A stretch of 64,000 bases of DNA. Origin: Macrostomum lignano. Taxonomy: Eukaryota. Position 1 is the first letter of the stretch. Every line of letters begins with the position of its first letter. Position numbers and translations under genes: made by a program. The DNA is taken from contig NIVC01000215.1 in the NCBI GenBank assembly GCA_002269645.1, forward strand, positions 434,001 through 498,000, given 5' to 3'. The notes under the pieces were generated by a model. That model was not told where the DNA came from. It made no database searches and saw only the letters and a program-made list of their open reading frames with translations. Below, piece by piece: positions 25,000-39,000 of the stretch.

Positions 25000-25889
25000 A
25001 GCATTGAAATTTCAGTAATTCTCTCTAAGAGTCATTATAGCACTACTACAGCATTATAGCGATTCCCTGCAAGCCTCGACATTGTAGGGATTCCCAAATG
25101 AATCTCTTAACTTCGACATGAAGCTTCTTTTATTTTTTACATTACGCTTTTTCTATCAGCGATCCCTCCCGTGAGGAGCCAACAAATAATGTAATAACTT
25201 TTTTCCAATAAACTGCATGTAGGTTCTGACATTAGCCTTGACATCTCATTTATTCCCCCGTGAGCCTTGACATGTCAGCGATGCCCCCCATAAACCTTGA
25301 AATCTAAAAAATCCCCTGTTAACCTTGAAACCCGCTAAAATCTAACCCTCAACCCAAACCTGACGTAAACCTAACTTTCACCCAACCTAAAGCCTTGAAA
25401 TCACAGCAATTCTTCTTCCCTAAGCCTTGGCATTTAAGTGATTCCTTCTTTAAGAATCACAGCACTATAATGATTCCCTCCAAGCTTTGACATTGTAGCA
25501 ATTCCCAAATGAATCTTTTAACTTTGACATGACTTTTATTTTATGTATACATAGTGTTCCTTTTATTTTTACATGACTCTTCTTCTATCAGCGCCCCCCC
25601 CCCACCTTGGCAAGCCAACAAAGAATACAATAAAAAAACTTAAGTAAAGTACATGTACTTTGAAGTAGCTTCTGACTTTTGCTTTAACATCTCAGAAACC
25701 CCCCTGTAATCTCAGTTATTCTCTGTGAGCCTTGACGTATCAGTTTTTCTCCCCAGCACAGCACTATAGCTTCATTTAATTTTTATATGAAACTTCTTTC
25801 GTGTCTGACATGACGCTTCTTTTGATTTTTACGTTACGCTTCTTTTATTCTTCCATGATGCTTCTTAATTTTTTAAATGACACTTTCAT

Positions 25890-26710
25890 TAGTTTTTATA
25901 TGAGGCTTCTATGATTTTTTCATGACGCTTCTATGTTAACATGACGCTTCTATGCTTGTTTACATGACGCTTTTATGATTGTTTACATGACGCTTCTATG
26001 ATTGTTTACATGACGCTTGTATGATTGTTTACATGACGCTTCTATGATTTTTTACATGACGCTTCTATGATTTTTTACATGACGCTTCTATGATTTTTTA
26101 CATGACGCTTCTATGATTTTTACATGACGCTCATATGATTGTTTACATGATGCTTCTATGATTGTTTACATGACGCTTGTATGATTGTTTACATGACGCT
26201 TCTATGCTTGTTTACATGACGCTTCTATGATTTTTTACATGACGCTTCTATGATTTTTTACATGACGCTTCTATGATTTTTACATGACGCTCGTATGATT
26301 GTTTACATGACGCTTCTATGATTGTTTACATGACGCTTCTATGATTTTTTATGACGCTTTTATGATTGTTTACATGACGCTTCTATGATTTTTACATGAC
26401 GCTTCTATGATTGTTTACATGACGCTTGTATGATTGTTTACATGACGCTTCTATCATTTTTTATGACGCTTTTATGTTTTTTAACATGACACTTCTATGA
26501 TTTTTTTACATGACGCTTCTATGATTGTTTACATGACGCTTGTATGATTTTAACATGACGCTTCTATGATTGTTTACATTACGCTTCTATGATTGCTTGC
26601 AAGACACTTCTATGATTTTTTATGACGCTTTTATGATTTTAACATGACGCTTCTATGATTTTTTTATGACGCTTTTATGTTTTTTAACATGACGCTTCTA
26701 TGATTTCTAT
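25890..26710. repeat. 23-bp minisatellite
   Basis: Unit ATGACGCTTCTATGATTGTTTAC. Confidence 0.95.
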
Positions 26711-26799
26711 GAAGCATCCTTCCAGATAGCAAGCATCCTGCACATAGCAAGAATCCCTAAATAGCATGCATCCCTGGATAGAAATAATCCTATACATGT

Positions 26800-28000
26800 A
26801 GCCAAGCTTATCAAGCGCAATAATCCATGGCTTATCGAGTGCAGTAATCCTGGGTTTATTAATAGCAATAATCCATGGCTTATCGAGTGCAGTAATCCTT
26901 GGTTTATTAATAGCAATAATCCTTGGCTTATCGAGTGCAGTAATCCTTGGTTTGCCAAGTGCAGTAATCCTTGGTTTATTAATAGCAATAATCCTTGGCT
27001 TATCGAGTGCAGTAATCCTTGGTTTATTAATAGCAATAATCCTTGGCTTATCGAGTGCAGTAATCCTTGGTTTATTAATAGCAATAATCCATGCCTTATC
27101 GAGTGCAGTAATCCTTGGTTTATTAATAGCAATAATCCTTGGCTTATCGAGTGCAGTAATCCTTGGTTTATTAATAGCAATAATCCTTGGCTTATCGAGT
27201 GCAGTAATCATTGGTTTATTAATAGCAATAATCCTTGATTAATCAAGTGCAGTAATCCTTGGTTTGCCAAGAGCAATAGCCCTTGGTTTATTGAGTGCAG
27301 TAATCCTTGGTTTATTAATAGCAATAATCCTTGGCTTATCGAGTGCAGTAATCCTTGGTTTGCCAAGTGCATAATCCTTGGTTTATTAATAGCAATAATC
27401 CTTGGCTTATCGAGTGCAGTAATCCTTGGTTTATTAATAGCAATAATCCTTGGCTTATCGAGTGCAGTAATCCTTGGTTTATTAATAGCAATAATCCTTG
27501 GCTTATCGAGTGCAGTAATCCTTGGTTTGCCAAGAGCAATAGTCCTTGGCTTATCAAGTGCAGTAATCCTTGGTTTATTAATAGCAATAATCCTTGGCTT
27601 ATCGAGTGCAGTAATCCTTGGTTTATTAATAGCAATAATCCTTGGCTTATCGAGTGCAGTAATCCTTGGTTTATTAATAGCAATAATCCTTGGCTTATCG
27701 AGTGCAGTAATCCTTGGTTTGCCAAGAGCAATAGTCCTTGGTTTATTGAGTGCAGTAATCCTTGGTTTATTAATAGCAATAATCCTTGGCTTATTGAGTG
27801 CAGTAATCCTTGGTTTATTAATAGCAATAATTCTTGGCTTATCGAGTGCAGTAATCCTTGGTTTGCCAAGAGCAATAATCCTTAGCTTATCGAGTGCAGT
27901 AATCCTTGGTTTGCCAAGAGCAATAATCCTTAGCTTATCGAGTGCAGTAATCCTTGGTTTGCCAAGAGCAATAATCCTTAGCTTATCGAGTGCAGTAATC
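26800..28000. repeat. 48-bp higher-order repeat of two 24-bp monomers
   Basis: A = AGTGCAGTAATCCTTGGTTTATTA, B = ATAGCAATAATCCTTGGCTTATCG. Confidence 0.95.
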
Positions 28001-28679
28001 TAAGTGTTTTTATTTAGTCCTTTAATGAAAGCTTTTAATAAAAAATTTTACACTACTACTTTTAAACTACTTAGATTCGAACTTAGGTCGCTGCATTAGC
28101 AGTCTGGTCTGTTCAGCTCTAGGCTAGCTCTCATCGAAGTTATCAGTGAATTTGTACCACTTATATAATTCAACACTCACACCAAGTCAGGTAGAGTAAA
28201 AAGTCACACGAAGCAGTTATGACATAATCAATTTCTTAGGCAAGTCAGTACCAGTGTCTATGAAAGCTAACAATATGGTTACGTAATATAAATTCAGTAC
28301 TGCACTATGCTTTCACACTCATAGCTGTGACGCAATTCAATTGAGTGTCAAATTCAGCCAGTACACAGACGATAAATAAAGTGTATTGTGATGCAATCTA
28401 TTTCAGAATCAGAATTCAACCAGTCAGTTTTTTCTCTAGCATTTTTACAGTGCGTTTCAAGTCGAAATAGCTGCTTGACCTTTGCAAAAAAGCATGTTTT
28501 TCGAATATTTAATCCCTTTAGCATCGAGCAATTTCTTAGCCACGATGCATGTACTGTCACGGAAAAATTTCTGATCGAACAGTGCAAGTTCGAAGAAAAT
28601 CGGTTGAGCCGTTTTTGCTAAAATCGATCACACACACATATACCGACAGACCATTTTTAGTATATGGGAAGCAACAAAA

Positions 28680-28972
28680 CTTAGATTGATGTCATTCAAC
28701 TTTCTATGGTAGTCATCACTATCAAGAATGGCAACTCTGTAACCCTTGTCATAGCCAACAACCTTAATATCTTTATTAGCCCTCAGTTGTTTCAAAGTTT
28801 CATGAATCAACCTATTCTTCTTGCCATTCACAATAGCATGAGTCTGGGCAAAGAATTGATCAGAGTCAGTGACAAGTTTATTCCTACAGCTATCTTGCAG
28901 GTGGCGCATTTCACAGCTCATGGTTTCAGAAGATCTCAGACATTTACTCACAGTACTCTCAATCTCAGTCAT
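28680..28972 (-). mobile_element. Penelope-like element N-terminal fragment
   Basis: LKQLRANKDIKVVGYDKGYRVAILDSDDYHRKLNDI matches the DKG..V.I...DY..K segment that precedes the RT in PLEs. Confidence 0.7.
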
Positions 28973-31289
28973 GATGTGAAATTTCTTGATTCTGGCTAGT
29001 GTGACAAGGTGTCGAAGCCCAAGCTGGTAAATATGGTAATATTGGTAATATTAATAAAATATGGTAATATTGGGGTCCTTATGGCTATGGAATATATAAA
29101 ATTGGAATAACCCATAGTTTTCCTTATGGCTACGGCTATGGTATATAAACCCTTTTTATGGTTTAACATTAGTATTTTGTTCAAGTAAAGAAAATTTATA
29201 GTGGCTTTGTTTAAATTTGAATTTATGAATCTAAATGTCAATTGTAAAATAAAAATATATATTTGTTCTTATGTTTTACAAAAAAGTTCTGGCACATGAT
29301 GCCCTATTGAAATGTATAGAAAACCTGTGGACACCATAGTCCAGATCATGCTGGGTACACTCCTAAACAAAAATCAAATAATTACAAATGCATGCCAAAA
29401 ATGAATGCAAGCCCATTCTTTTTCTTTATTCTTTATTGTTTACTTCACAATAACTCTTCTGTGTGATTCTATAAAGTGCATGCCAGGTTTGCATGTACAC
29501 TATTTTCTTAGGAGTGATATACACCAACTATGCATGCCTACTTTCATGGCATGCAACGCCAATGCATACCTAAATTTTTGGGTATATACTATGAGTATAT
29601 GATCCAAAGTGTGGTAGACATACAACATGGGGTCTAAAATTGTAGTAAAAATGCAGCATGACAAAGAACATGTTAACTTTCACACTAAATATAGGCATCA
29701 TATTAATTAGATAATGAGGAATTTAGCCTTAATGAGACAATCATAATTACTCTTGCCGTTTACCCCAAAAACTGCATTGTGCTGCTGCAACACTATCTGT
29801 CTTGATTCCAGTTGCAATGCAACACCAAAAGATAAAAAAATTGCAACAGATAGTTGAATGCCTTTTGTCTACTTATTCTAATAATGCATGATACAAGCAA
29901 ACTTAATTTGCTTGGGTAATTGAGGGTGTGTGTGGCGACCCCCCAGTCCTTGGACTGAACAGCCGTACGCAGCCTTCAGATGCGCCGCGCAATAGCTGCG
30001 GCTGAGCTGTCGGTTGCACATCTGCCCATTGGGCAGGTGTAATCAATTATTATATATTAATTAAACTTAATTTATTCAAAGCGAAAATATTAGCAATGTC
30101 CTAGTTTCCCCTATTAAATATTTTTGACACCAGACTATTTGACAAAAAGCTAAAATATGTTTATTAATATTAAAAATACTAATATTAAAAACAGCATTGT
30201 ACTATGTAATAATAGGTCATCATTATACAAGAAGTTGCTAAAACACTTCTTTGGATAGAGTTGGCACCAGAGGAACTTGCTAAGATATGAGTAGAAAAGG
30301 CTGTAACTAGTGCCATGCTGGCTATAGGACTTTGCCTTCACTTGTACCTAAGTATTTTAATGATTTTTGTATCATATAAACAATTAGATTGTTTGGATCA
30401 ACAAAATGCAGATGATAATTGACAAAATGTACAAAATATACAAAAAGGCATCTTGGATGCTAATATAAATTTTCCATGGATATTTCATTAAGCCATAACT
30501 TATTAATAGTATCAATAAAGTTTATTACGTAAGGCCAATATAATATAGCTTAAAATGAGTTATGCATTCTGGCATGCATTCAAAATGAATTATCTTGACT
30601 AAAATATAGTTTATATTATAGGAGCTATATTATATCCTATTTTCATAGTCAAAATGGCCTTTGCTATAGAAAGTTCTAATATAGAAAGGTCTCTAATATA
30701 TTTAGTATATGGCTATATCGTACATTAAGGTTTCTAGCATGTTTAATATGACTTTTGAATGCAAATTTGACAAAAGAATAACTACCTATTTTAATCTAAC
30801 TTATATTTTCAAACATATAATTTTAGTTAGCAGTCAAAAAAGATCCAACCTCAATCTTAAAAATACAGGATCCTAAAGGGTTGTTAGGATCCTAATCCCA
30901 AGGATAGTACAAGTCAGGAATTAGGATTACATTTTAAGTTTTTTTTCTTTGTAGAGCAACTTTTATTTCGAGCCCACTACTAAAATAATATATTGTTTTG
31001 TTTGTTTAAATCAACAAAAAGCCATAAAATAGTTGGCATTTATGTCTTAGTTAAATATTTAATGAAATTGATTTTCTAACAATATGATAATTTAGAAAAT
31101 TATCATTAGAATATAAAATATTATTCTTTAGTCACTATGGAAGCTTGAGGATCATCAAGTTGGATTTCAGTCTTGTTCAATTACTAGCTTAAATTCTCTC
31201 TAGTAGAAGAATGTTTATTTTATAAAAAAACAAAGTTCTCAGCTAATTAAAGAGACAAACAGGTTTTTTATTATTAGCAATGCTGAGAA

Positions 31290-32620
31290 TGCATTTGCTC
31301 AACATTCTAGTTGCTGGGATGCAACTTAACCTTTTGATAAGTAGAACAACAAAAACTATATTGGGCCTAGTATATTAGTAGATAAGTAGCTTATGGCTCT
31401 ACTGATAACTCCAAATATAGTTTTAAGCTGGTTTATGTAGCTTGCATTGAACTTGCAATTAAATTTATAATAGTGAATTCCAAAATCAATTTGCACATGA
31501 AGCTGCACTTTGAAGGTGGAGGCTCTTTCATTTTTACCATGTCATTTTTTTATCCTCAGCTGGCATGACTGCTATATTGGAGCGTGAATCTTGGTCCTTC
31601 AAGATCTTAGAAGCAACCATTGACTATAGATAGTCCCTCTGTTGATTGGAAAAAAAGCTAACTTGTGGTGCAGGTCAAAAATGGTTGCCAAGATACAGGA
31701 TTTATGTTCAACAATAAAGTCAAAAAAAATACTTGCGCAGCAACTGGAGTAGAGAATCAATTATTGTCCCCATCTCACTGACTTGAGCTTGCTGCTTCTC
31801 AAGAAATCTCTGAAATCTGGCTCACATCAAAATGAGATAAGAGATAATAGTTGTTTTTTGCTTAGTTACAAAGTTGCCTCCTCAACAGATGAGATCAACT
31901 TTTCAACAAGTGGGAATTCTTTCTTGGTAAATTCTTCAACTTCTGATAGTCCAGCTATGAATGCATTGATTGCAGATTTTTGCTTTGTAAAGTGTTTTAG
32001 TATTTGTAGTAATGAGTTTCACCATTATTTATCAGCTTATTTTTAGGCTGTTCTAGTTGTTCTTGGAGCTTTTTAAAGCATTTTTGATAGGGCTAAAGTA
32101 GTAGATATAAGCCTGTTCCATTCTTGCAATAACAAAGAACAAGATTATTAATTCCAAAGAATGAGATTATCAATTCCAAAAAATGAGATTATCAATTCCA
32201 AAGAATGAGATTATCAATTCCAAATAATAAGATTATCAATTCCAAAGAATAAGATTATCAATTCCAAAAAATGAGATTATCAATTCCAAAGAATGAGATT
32301 ATCAATTCCAAAGAATGAGATGATCAATTCCAAAGACTCCTAACTGAGCAACCCCAGAGAAAAATTATTGCATATCTGGCACACAATGGGTCTATTTATA
32401 GCATATGCTAAAAATGATGGCCCTAAAGAGTCCACTGTCATCAAGCCACAAGTCTATGGCCATTGACTGCTACTTCAGTGCTTCTTGAATAATAAGATTT
32501 ATTTTGTAAGCTACACAACCAATGTTCAACCAATACCTATTCAATCAATATTTTGGTTCCAGGATTGTCAGCTGCCAAGTCATGTTTGACAGCTCAAGCA
32601 TGCTGTTTGCACTGTTTTTT
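31290..32620 (-). mobile_element. Decayed hAT (Ac/ZBED-like) transposase
   Basis: Manual minus-strand translation across stops and frameshifts: AADNPG, NLIIQEALK, KLQEQLEQPKNKLINNGET, NSLLQILKHFTKQKSAI, EKLISSVEEATL*LS, CILATIL, SCIPAT. These occur in the order expected for hAT transposases. Confidence 0.6.
32150..32335. repeat. 22-bp minisatellite inside the hAT relic
   Basis: Unit GAGATTATCAATTCCAAAGAAT. Confidence 0.9.
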
Positions 32621-33046
32621 CACAATGCTAACAGTTTTTATTGTTGTAGATGTTAAACTCAATGCATCTCAATGCAACTCAATGCATCTTTTGAATACCA
32701 TAGTAAAGAAGCTAGCATTACATGGATTGGAAAACATTTTTTGATGGGTAATCTATATGGTATCTATTCATGTTTTGAGTATGAATCTTTGCAAAAATGT
32801 TAAGAAATTAAATATTTGAAAATGCAAGTTAAATTAACAAGTAACTATGTTTTATAACAAATTAATTTTTTCTACATTATATGAGGATTCTAATCTAGTA
32901 TGCAAGGAGGTACTAACCTTGTAGTATTACTTCTGATTGCAGCTAATTGTTTGTAAATTGTAGACCCACACATTTGGTATTGCTGACAAAAATGACAAGT
33001 CCCTTTAAGTTATTTTTTCATATTTTTATTTGTAGAATCAGACGAG

Positions 33047-36000
33047 ATGATGTCTGGAATTCGCGGCAATGTTGGCCGATCAGAAAGCATGCGAACTGGC
33101 GCTGTAAGTAGTATATTTCGGACTGATAGTTTCAAATAAATTAAATTATTTCCTTGTTAAATAAATTAAAGTTTTTTTAGCCACAGTTGCTACTTAGTTA
33201 GTAGGCGCTTAAGAAAGTTGCATGACATAGTTCTTACTAAGCCGACGTGTAACCCTTGGTCTTGTCTGTCTATGAGTTGTCACGCTGTCGGAGCGTGTCT
33301 ACTGGGGTTGGCAGTTAAGTAAATAAGTGCACACTCGCTGTGTTGGGGCGGTGTCTGTTCTCATGAATGGCTTGGTGGGTGTGCAATGGGGGGGGCTAGA
33401 AGTTATATAGCAGAGGGAATTCCCTCGCCTTGCTAAGACTCGGTTTGTAAGTGAAACTTGCTTAGCTGTATTTTTTCTGTTCATTCACGCGCTCAGTGCG
33501 TGCTACGCTTGGTTACAATAGAATATCTGGTTTAATCCAGTTGGCTTAAAGCTAACCCACACTTTTCCTGCGCTTTTTTGCTAGCACTAAAGCCTGTGAC
33601 ACTTTTAAGGTTGATGAGATTTTTGTGGCCATTTTAACAACAGACATTGAAATTGAATGACCAGACAGTTTTATTGAATGAGCAGAAATAGGGATTGTAT
33701 GAGCAGAAATAGGGATTGAATGGGCAGAAATAGGGATTGAATGAGCAGAAATAGGGATTGAATGAGCAGAAATAGGGATTGTATGAGCAGAAATAGGGAT
33801 TGTATGAGCAGAAATAGGGATTAAATGAGCAGAAATAGGGATTGAATGAGCAGAAATAGGGATTGAATGACCAGACATAGGGATTGAATGACCAGAAATA
33901 GGGATTGTACGAGCAGAAATAGAGATTGAATGAGCAGAAATAGGGATTGTATGGGCAGAAATAGGGATTATATGAGCAGAATAGGGATTGAATGAGCAGA
34001 AATAGGGATTGAATGAGCAGAAATAGGGATTGAAATGACCAGAAAAAGGGATTGAATGAGCAGAAATAGGGATTGAATGGGCAGAAATAGGGATTGAAAT
34101 GACCAGAAAAAGGGATTGAATGAGCAGAAATAGGGATTGAATGGGCAGAAATAGGGATTGAATGGACAGAAATAGGGATTGAATGAGCAGAAATAGGGAT
34201 TGAATGAGCAGAAATAGGGATTGAATGAGCAGAAATAGGGATTGAATGAGCAGAAATAGGGATTGAATGAGCAGAAATAGGGATTGAATGAGCAGAAATA
34301 GGGATTGAATGGGCAGAAATAGGGATTGAAATGACCAGAAAAAGTGATTGAAATGACCAGAAATAGGGATTGAATGAGCAGAAATAGGGATTGAATGAGC
34401 AGAAATAGGGATTGAATGAGCAGAAATAGGGATTGAATGAGAAGAAATAGGGATTGAATGAGCAGAAATAGGGATTGTATGAGCAGAAATAGGGATTGAA
34501 TGGGCAGAAATAGGGATTGAATGAGCAGAAACAGGGATTGAATGAGCAGAAATAGGGATTGAATGAGCAGAAATAGTGATTGAAATGACCAGAAATAGGG
34601 ATTGAATGAGCAGAAATAGGGATTGAATGAGCAGAAATAGGGATTGAATGAGCAGAAATAGGGATTGAATGAGCAGAAATAGGGATTGAATGAGCAGAAA
34701 TAGGGATTGTATGAGCAGAAATAGGGATTGAATGGGCAGAAATAGGGATTGAATGAGCAGAAACAGGGATTGAATGAGCAGAAATAGGGATTGAATGAGC
34801 AGACAACTGGCAATATTTTTAGTCGGTGGATTCTCACGACTCGGTCGGTGGCGGCTCGACTGGCAACGGAGGCAGCGGCGGCCCCGGCTCCAATGTGCGG
34901 CTGGGATTTGCTAATCTGCCCGATCAGATGCATCGCAAAGCGGTTAAGAAAGGCTTCAATTTCACTCTGATGGTGGTTGGCGAGAGCGGCCTGGGCAAGA
35001 GCACCCTGATTAGCAGCCTGTTCCAGCAGGACCTGTACAAGGACCGCGAGCTGGGCAGCGCCACAGAGAGAGTGAACAAGACTACTGAGATTGATAAGCG
35101 CCAAATTGAACTAGATGAGAAAGGCGTTAAACTGAGATTAACAGTTGTGGATACTCCCGGCTTTAATGACGCCATCAATTGTCAGGACTGCTGGCGTCCA
35201 ATCGAAGACTATATTGACAATACGTTTGAGCAATATTTTAAAGACGAATGCGGACTTAATCGAAAGAATATCGTCGATCATCGGGTACATTGTTGTCTGT
35301 ATTTTGTTAGCCCCTGCGGCCACGGACTCCGGCCTATCGATGTTGAACTCATGCGCAGATTGCACTCCAAGGTTTGCGCTGGTTTGTTATTAATGTCTGA
35401 CCTTCTTTACCCTCTCGACATCTATTCTGACCCTATTTACCCTCTCGACATCTATTCTGACCCTCCATTTACCCTCTCGAAATCTATTCTGACCCTCTAT
35501 TTACCCTCTCGACATCTATTCTGACCTTCTTCACCCTCTCGACATCTATTCTGACCCTTTTTACCCTCTAGACATCTATTCTGACCCTCTTTACCCTCTA
35601 GACATTTATTCTGACCCTATTTACCCTCTCGACATCTATTCTGATCCTATTTACCCTCTCGACATCTATTCTGACCCTCTTTACCCTCTCGACATCTATT
35701 CTGACCCTCCATTTACCCTCTTGACATCTATTCTGACCCTTTTTACCCTCTAGACATCTATTCTGACCCTCTTTACCCTCTCGACATCTATTCTGATCCT
35801 ATTTACCCTCTCGACATCTATTCTGACCCTATTTACCCTCTAGACATCTATTCTGACCCTCTTTACCCTCTCGACATCTATTCTGACCCTCTTTACCCTC
35901 TCGACATCTATTCTGACCCTCCATTTACCCTCTTGACATCTATTCTGACCCTTGATGTAACCGCCCTTGTCGCCTGCCCGCTCCGTAGAGAGACGAACGC

Positions 36001-39000
36001 ATAACTAGAGGGGGCAATGACCGTAGGCTGCCTATGACCGGGCAACGACCTGACGGACCTCCAGCACCAGACTGTCCCGCCCACATGATTAGTAGCTTTT
36101 GGTAGCGCTTCGTGACCAGAGGGCCAAGGACCCACATGGACCCCACCTGTAGCCAAGGTGCAATAGTTGGTCACTCGGTCATGGTATGACCGAGTGGCTG
36201 CCACCACTTTATGTGACCTGGCGCACCTGGATCTTTCTACCAGACCTCTCGAGGCTAGAGCCCCGCCTGGATTGGTTACCAGGGGATTTAGGCTAACAGG
36301 GGGGACGCATGCAGCCGAGTACAGGGACTCTGCTTGGGGCATGATCGGGAACTCTGGGCTCAATCCTGGAGGATTTCTCAGCAGGGGATCCTTTGTGGCT
36401 GTGAGCGAGGCTGACTTGCGACTTTGATTACTAAGAGTAGTATGAGGCGAACATGTACTGTCTACAGTTTAGATTGCTCAGGGCGAAGGGACGCGTCAGC
36501 ATGGGGTTGCAACCTTCCTACTGCCATTCTGTGCCAAGACTCGCTAATCCCTCTACTGCACGCACACGCGGCCCCGCAGCACGCACTCACAGGCGGGCTT
36601 TGCACGGGGAGAGGCCATTAGCTTACCCAAACTTCCTTATGCTTTGCCACCCCGGGAGAAAGGCTTAGCAAGCCATGAGTGAAATGATGGTGAAAGATTG
36701 AATAATGATGGAGTTAGTTAATAGTTAATAATTAGGCCCTTAGGCGAATAATCAGGCAATTAGGCGGCTTCACTATTGAGTAAAATACAGCAAAAGATAC
36801 GGTATCACAATTGGCTCAGCTCTCTAATCAGACAATGGAAAATAGGCAAACCCCGGATAAGCAAAGGCAATTAGAGCACAAATTAGTAACAGGAACTTAC
36901 CGGCAGCTGCACAGAGAGAGAGAGAGACGGAGTGACCGAGGGCGGCTGTAGGCTGCAGTCAGGCAGACAGTGAAGCGGCGATGCGCTGGAGCGACGAGGC
37001 GCTGATGTAGATCAGGCGATGCTGATGATGCTGGGCGGTATCAGACCGCTGGCCGATAGGCGAGCTCACTTGGGGAGCTAAGGATAACTTGGCGGTAACA
37101 GACCGCGGACCGGCAGGGATTCGTCTTATAGACGAATGGGTCAGAACTCAATCTGACTGCAAGTCCAAAGAAGGACGAGGAGAGGAAAAAAGGTGGAGGA
37201 TTCTCATGCCGAAATCGCTTCCTTTTATAGACCTCACAGCCGCCTCCTCAAGGTCGTTACCATGGCTCCCTCCCTCTGATTGGCTGCCGGCAGAATGACG
37301 TCAGAATGAGTCATGATGAGAAGCATGAGACCGGCATAGCAACATGAGAAATAGGGAAATTGCGCAATCCGGAGGTGGGGTGGGGGGATAATTGGCGCAG
37401 CGGGTGGTCGCGAAAGTGTTGCGCAAGCAAACATTGAGAACAATAGGGCTGGGGTCGAGAACAAAGGAATTGGAAATCGGGGATAGTTGGGGAAAACTGA
37501 GAACAATGGAAAAGTAAACATTGGAGAAAAGGTGATAATTAGGTGCGAAAACGAGAACAAAAGAAAGAGAAAATCGGAGAAAATGTGATAATTGGTGGGG
37601 GTCGAGAGAACAAAAGAAGCAAAAACGAGAACAATAGAAGCGGAGGTGGGGTGGGTGTCGCATGAGAAATTTGGGGAGGAGAACAATGGCGTGAGAAAAG
37701 GTTGCGCAAGAGAGGCGGGTGAGTCATCGATGAGTCATCGGGGGGAAGAAGGGGTCACACGACTTGCGTCACCGTTTGGGAGTTTGGGAGGGGATGGGGA
37801 GACGGTGAGCACACAAAATACTGTAAGTAGACACAGGGAAAGAGGGGACAGCGCAGGAAAAGAGTGCAGAGGGAGACAAAAAAAAGAGAGGAGATAGAGA
37901 AAGTACAGGAAGAATAGGGCGGAAACAGAAGAGATAGGGTAGAGGGGGAGGTACAGAAAGGGGTAGGGGGCTCCGGAAAGGCAGGTGTGGCGGCAGGAGA
38001 GACGGGACCAAGGCAGCAGGAGGGGTGCAGCAGAGCGGGAGTCTCCAGGCCCGGTCGGAGACCTGGCCGAGTCTCGACAGCTCTGTGCAGAGGGTGCACG
38101 GGATAGGAGGCACTTTCGAAAAAGTTCCCATGCCCTATCCCGCGACCAGAGCGTGGTTACATCACCCTCTTTACCCTCTCGACATCTATTCTGACCCTCT
38201 TTACCCTCTCGACATCTATTCTGACCCTATTTACCCTCTCGACATCTATTCTGACCCTATTTACCCTCTCGACATCTATTCTGACCCTATTTACCCTCTC
38301 GACATCTATTCTGACCCTATTTACCCTCTCGACATCTATTCTGACCCTCTTTACCCTCTCGACATCTATTCTGATCCTATTTACCCTCTCGACATCTATT
38401 CTGACCCTCTTTGACCCTCTCGACATCTATTCTGATCCTATTTACCCTCTCGACATCTATTCTGACCCTATTTACCCTCTCGACATCTGTTCTGACCCTC
38501 TTTACCCTCTCGACATCTATTCTGACCCTCTTTGACCCTCTCGACATCTTTTCTAACATTTTGTTTATCTCTTTACCTTTTCGACATCTCACTATAATTT
38601 TGCCATCCCTTCGATCAAATTGATCTCAAGCAATCTCTTTTATCTCTCTTATCCCAATCCCACTAATCCCATCCTCCCAGGTGAACATAGTTCCAATCAT
38701 AGCCAAGGCGGATACGCTGACCCAAGCCGAGCTGCGCGACTTAAAAGAGCGCGTGCTGGCCGACTTGGATCGGCACAAAATCCAGACCTACCGAATGCCC
38801 GACACCGACTCTGACGACGACGAAGAGACCCGACGTCAGGAGTCCGACATCCGGGCGTGCATTCCGTTCGCCGTGATTGGCAGCAACTGCGTGGTGGAGT
38901 CCGCCGATACTGGCCGACGGACTCGGGGCAGGCAGTATCCTTGGGGCGTTGTGGAGGTGAGCGTGGGTCAGGATTGTCAGCTTTGGGTCAGGACTGTCAG

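Larger units (their letters stand above)
35395..38545. repeat. 30-bp minisatellite, septin intron 2, split by the 2.2-kb insertion
   Basis: Unit TTCTGACCCTATTTACCCTCTCGACATCTA at 35395-35952 and 38165-38545. Confidence 0.95.

Noticed and set aside
26684-28003. Hydrophobic repeat ORFs resembling membrane proteins
   Set aside because: They are translations of the 48-bp higher-order repeat.
28390-28650. DINE-1/Lep1-like non-autonomous Helitron
   Set aside because: Only a short motif (AAAATCGGTTGAGCCGTTT followed by CACACACA) is suggestive; boundaries cannot be defined.
33552-35104. Minus-strand 378-390-aa ORFs
   Set aside because: They are the septin antisense shadow plus the 21-bp array.
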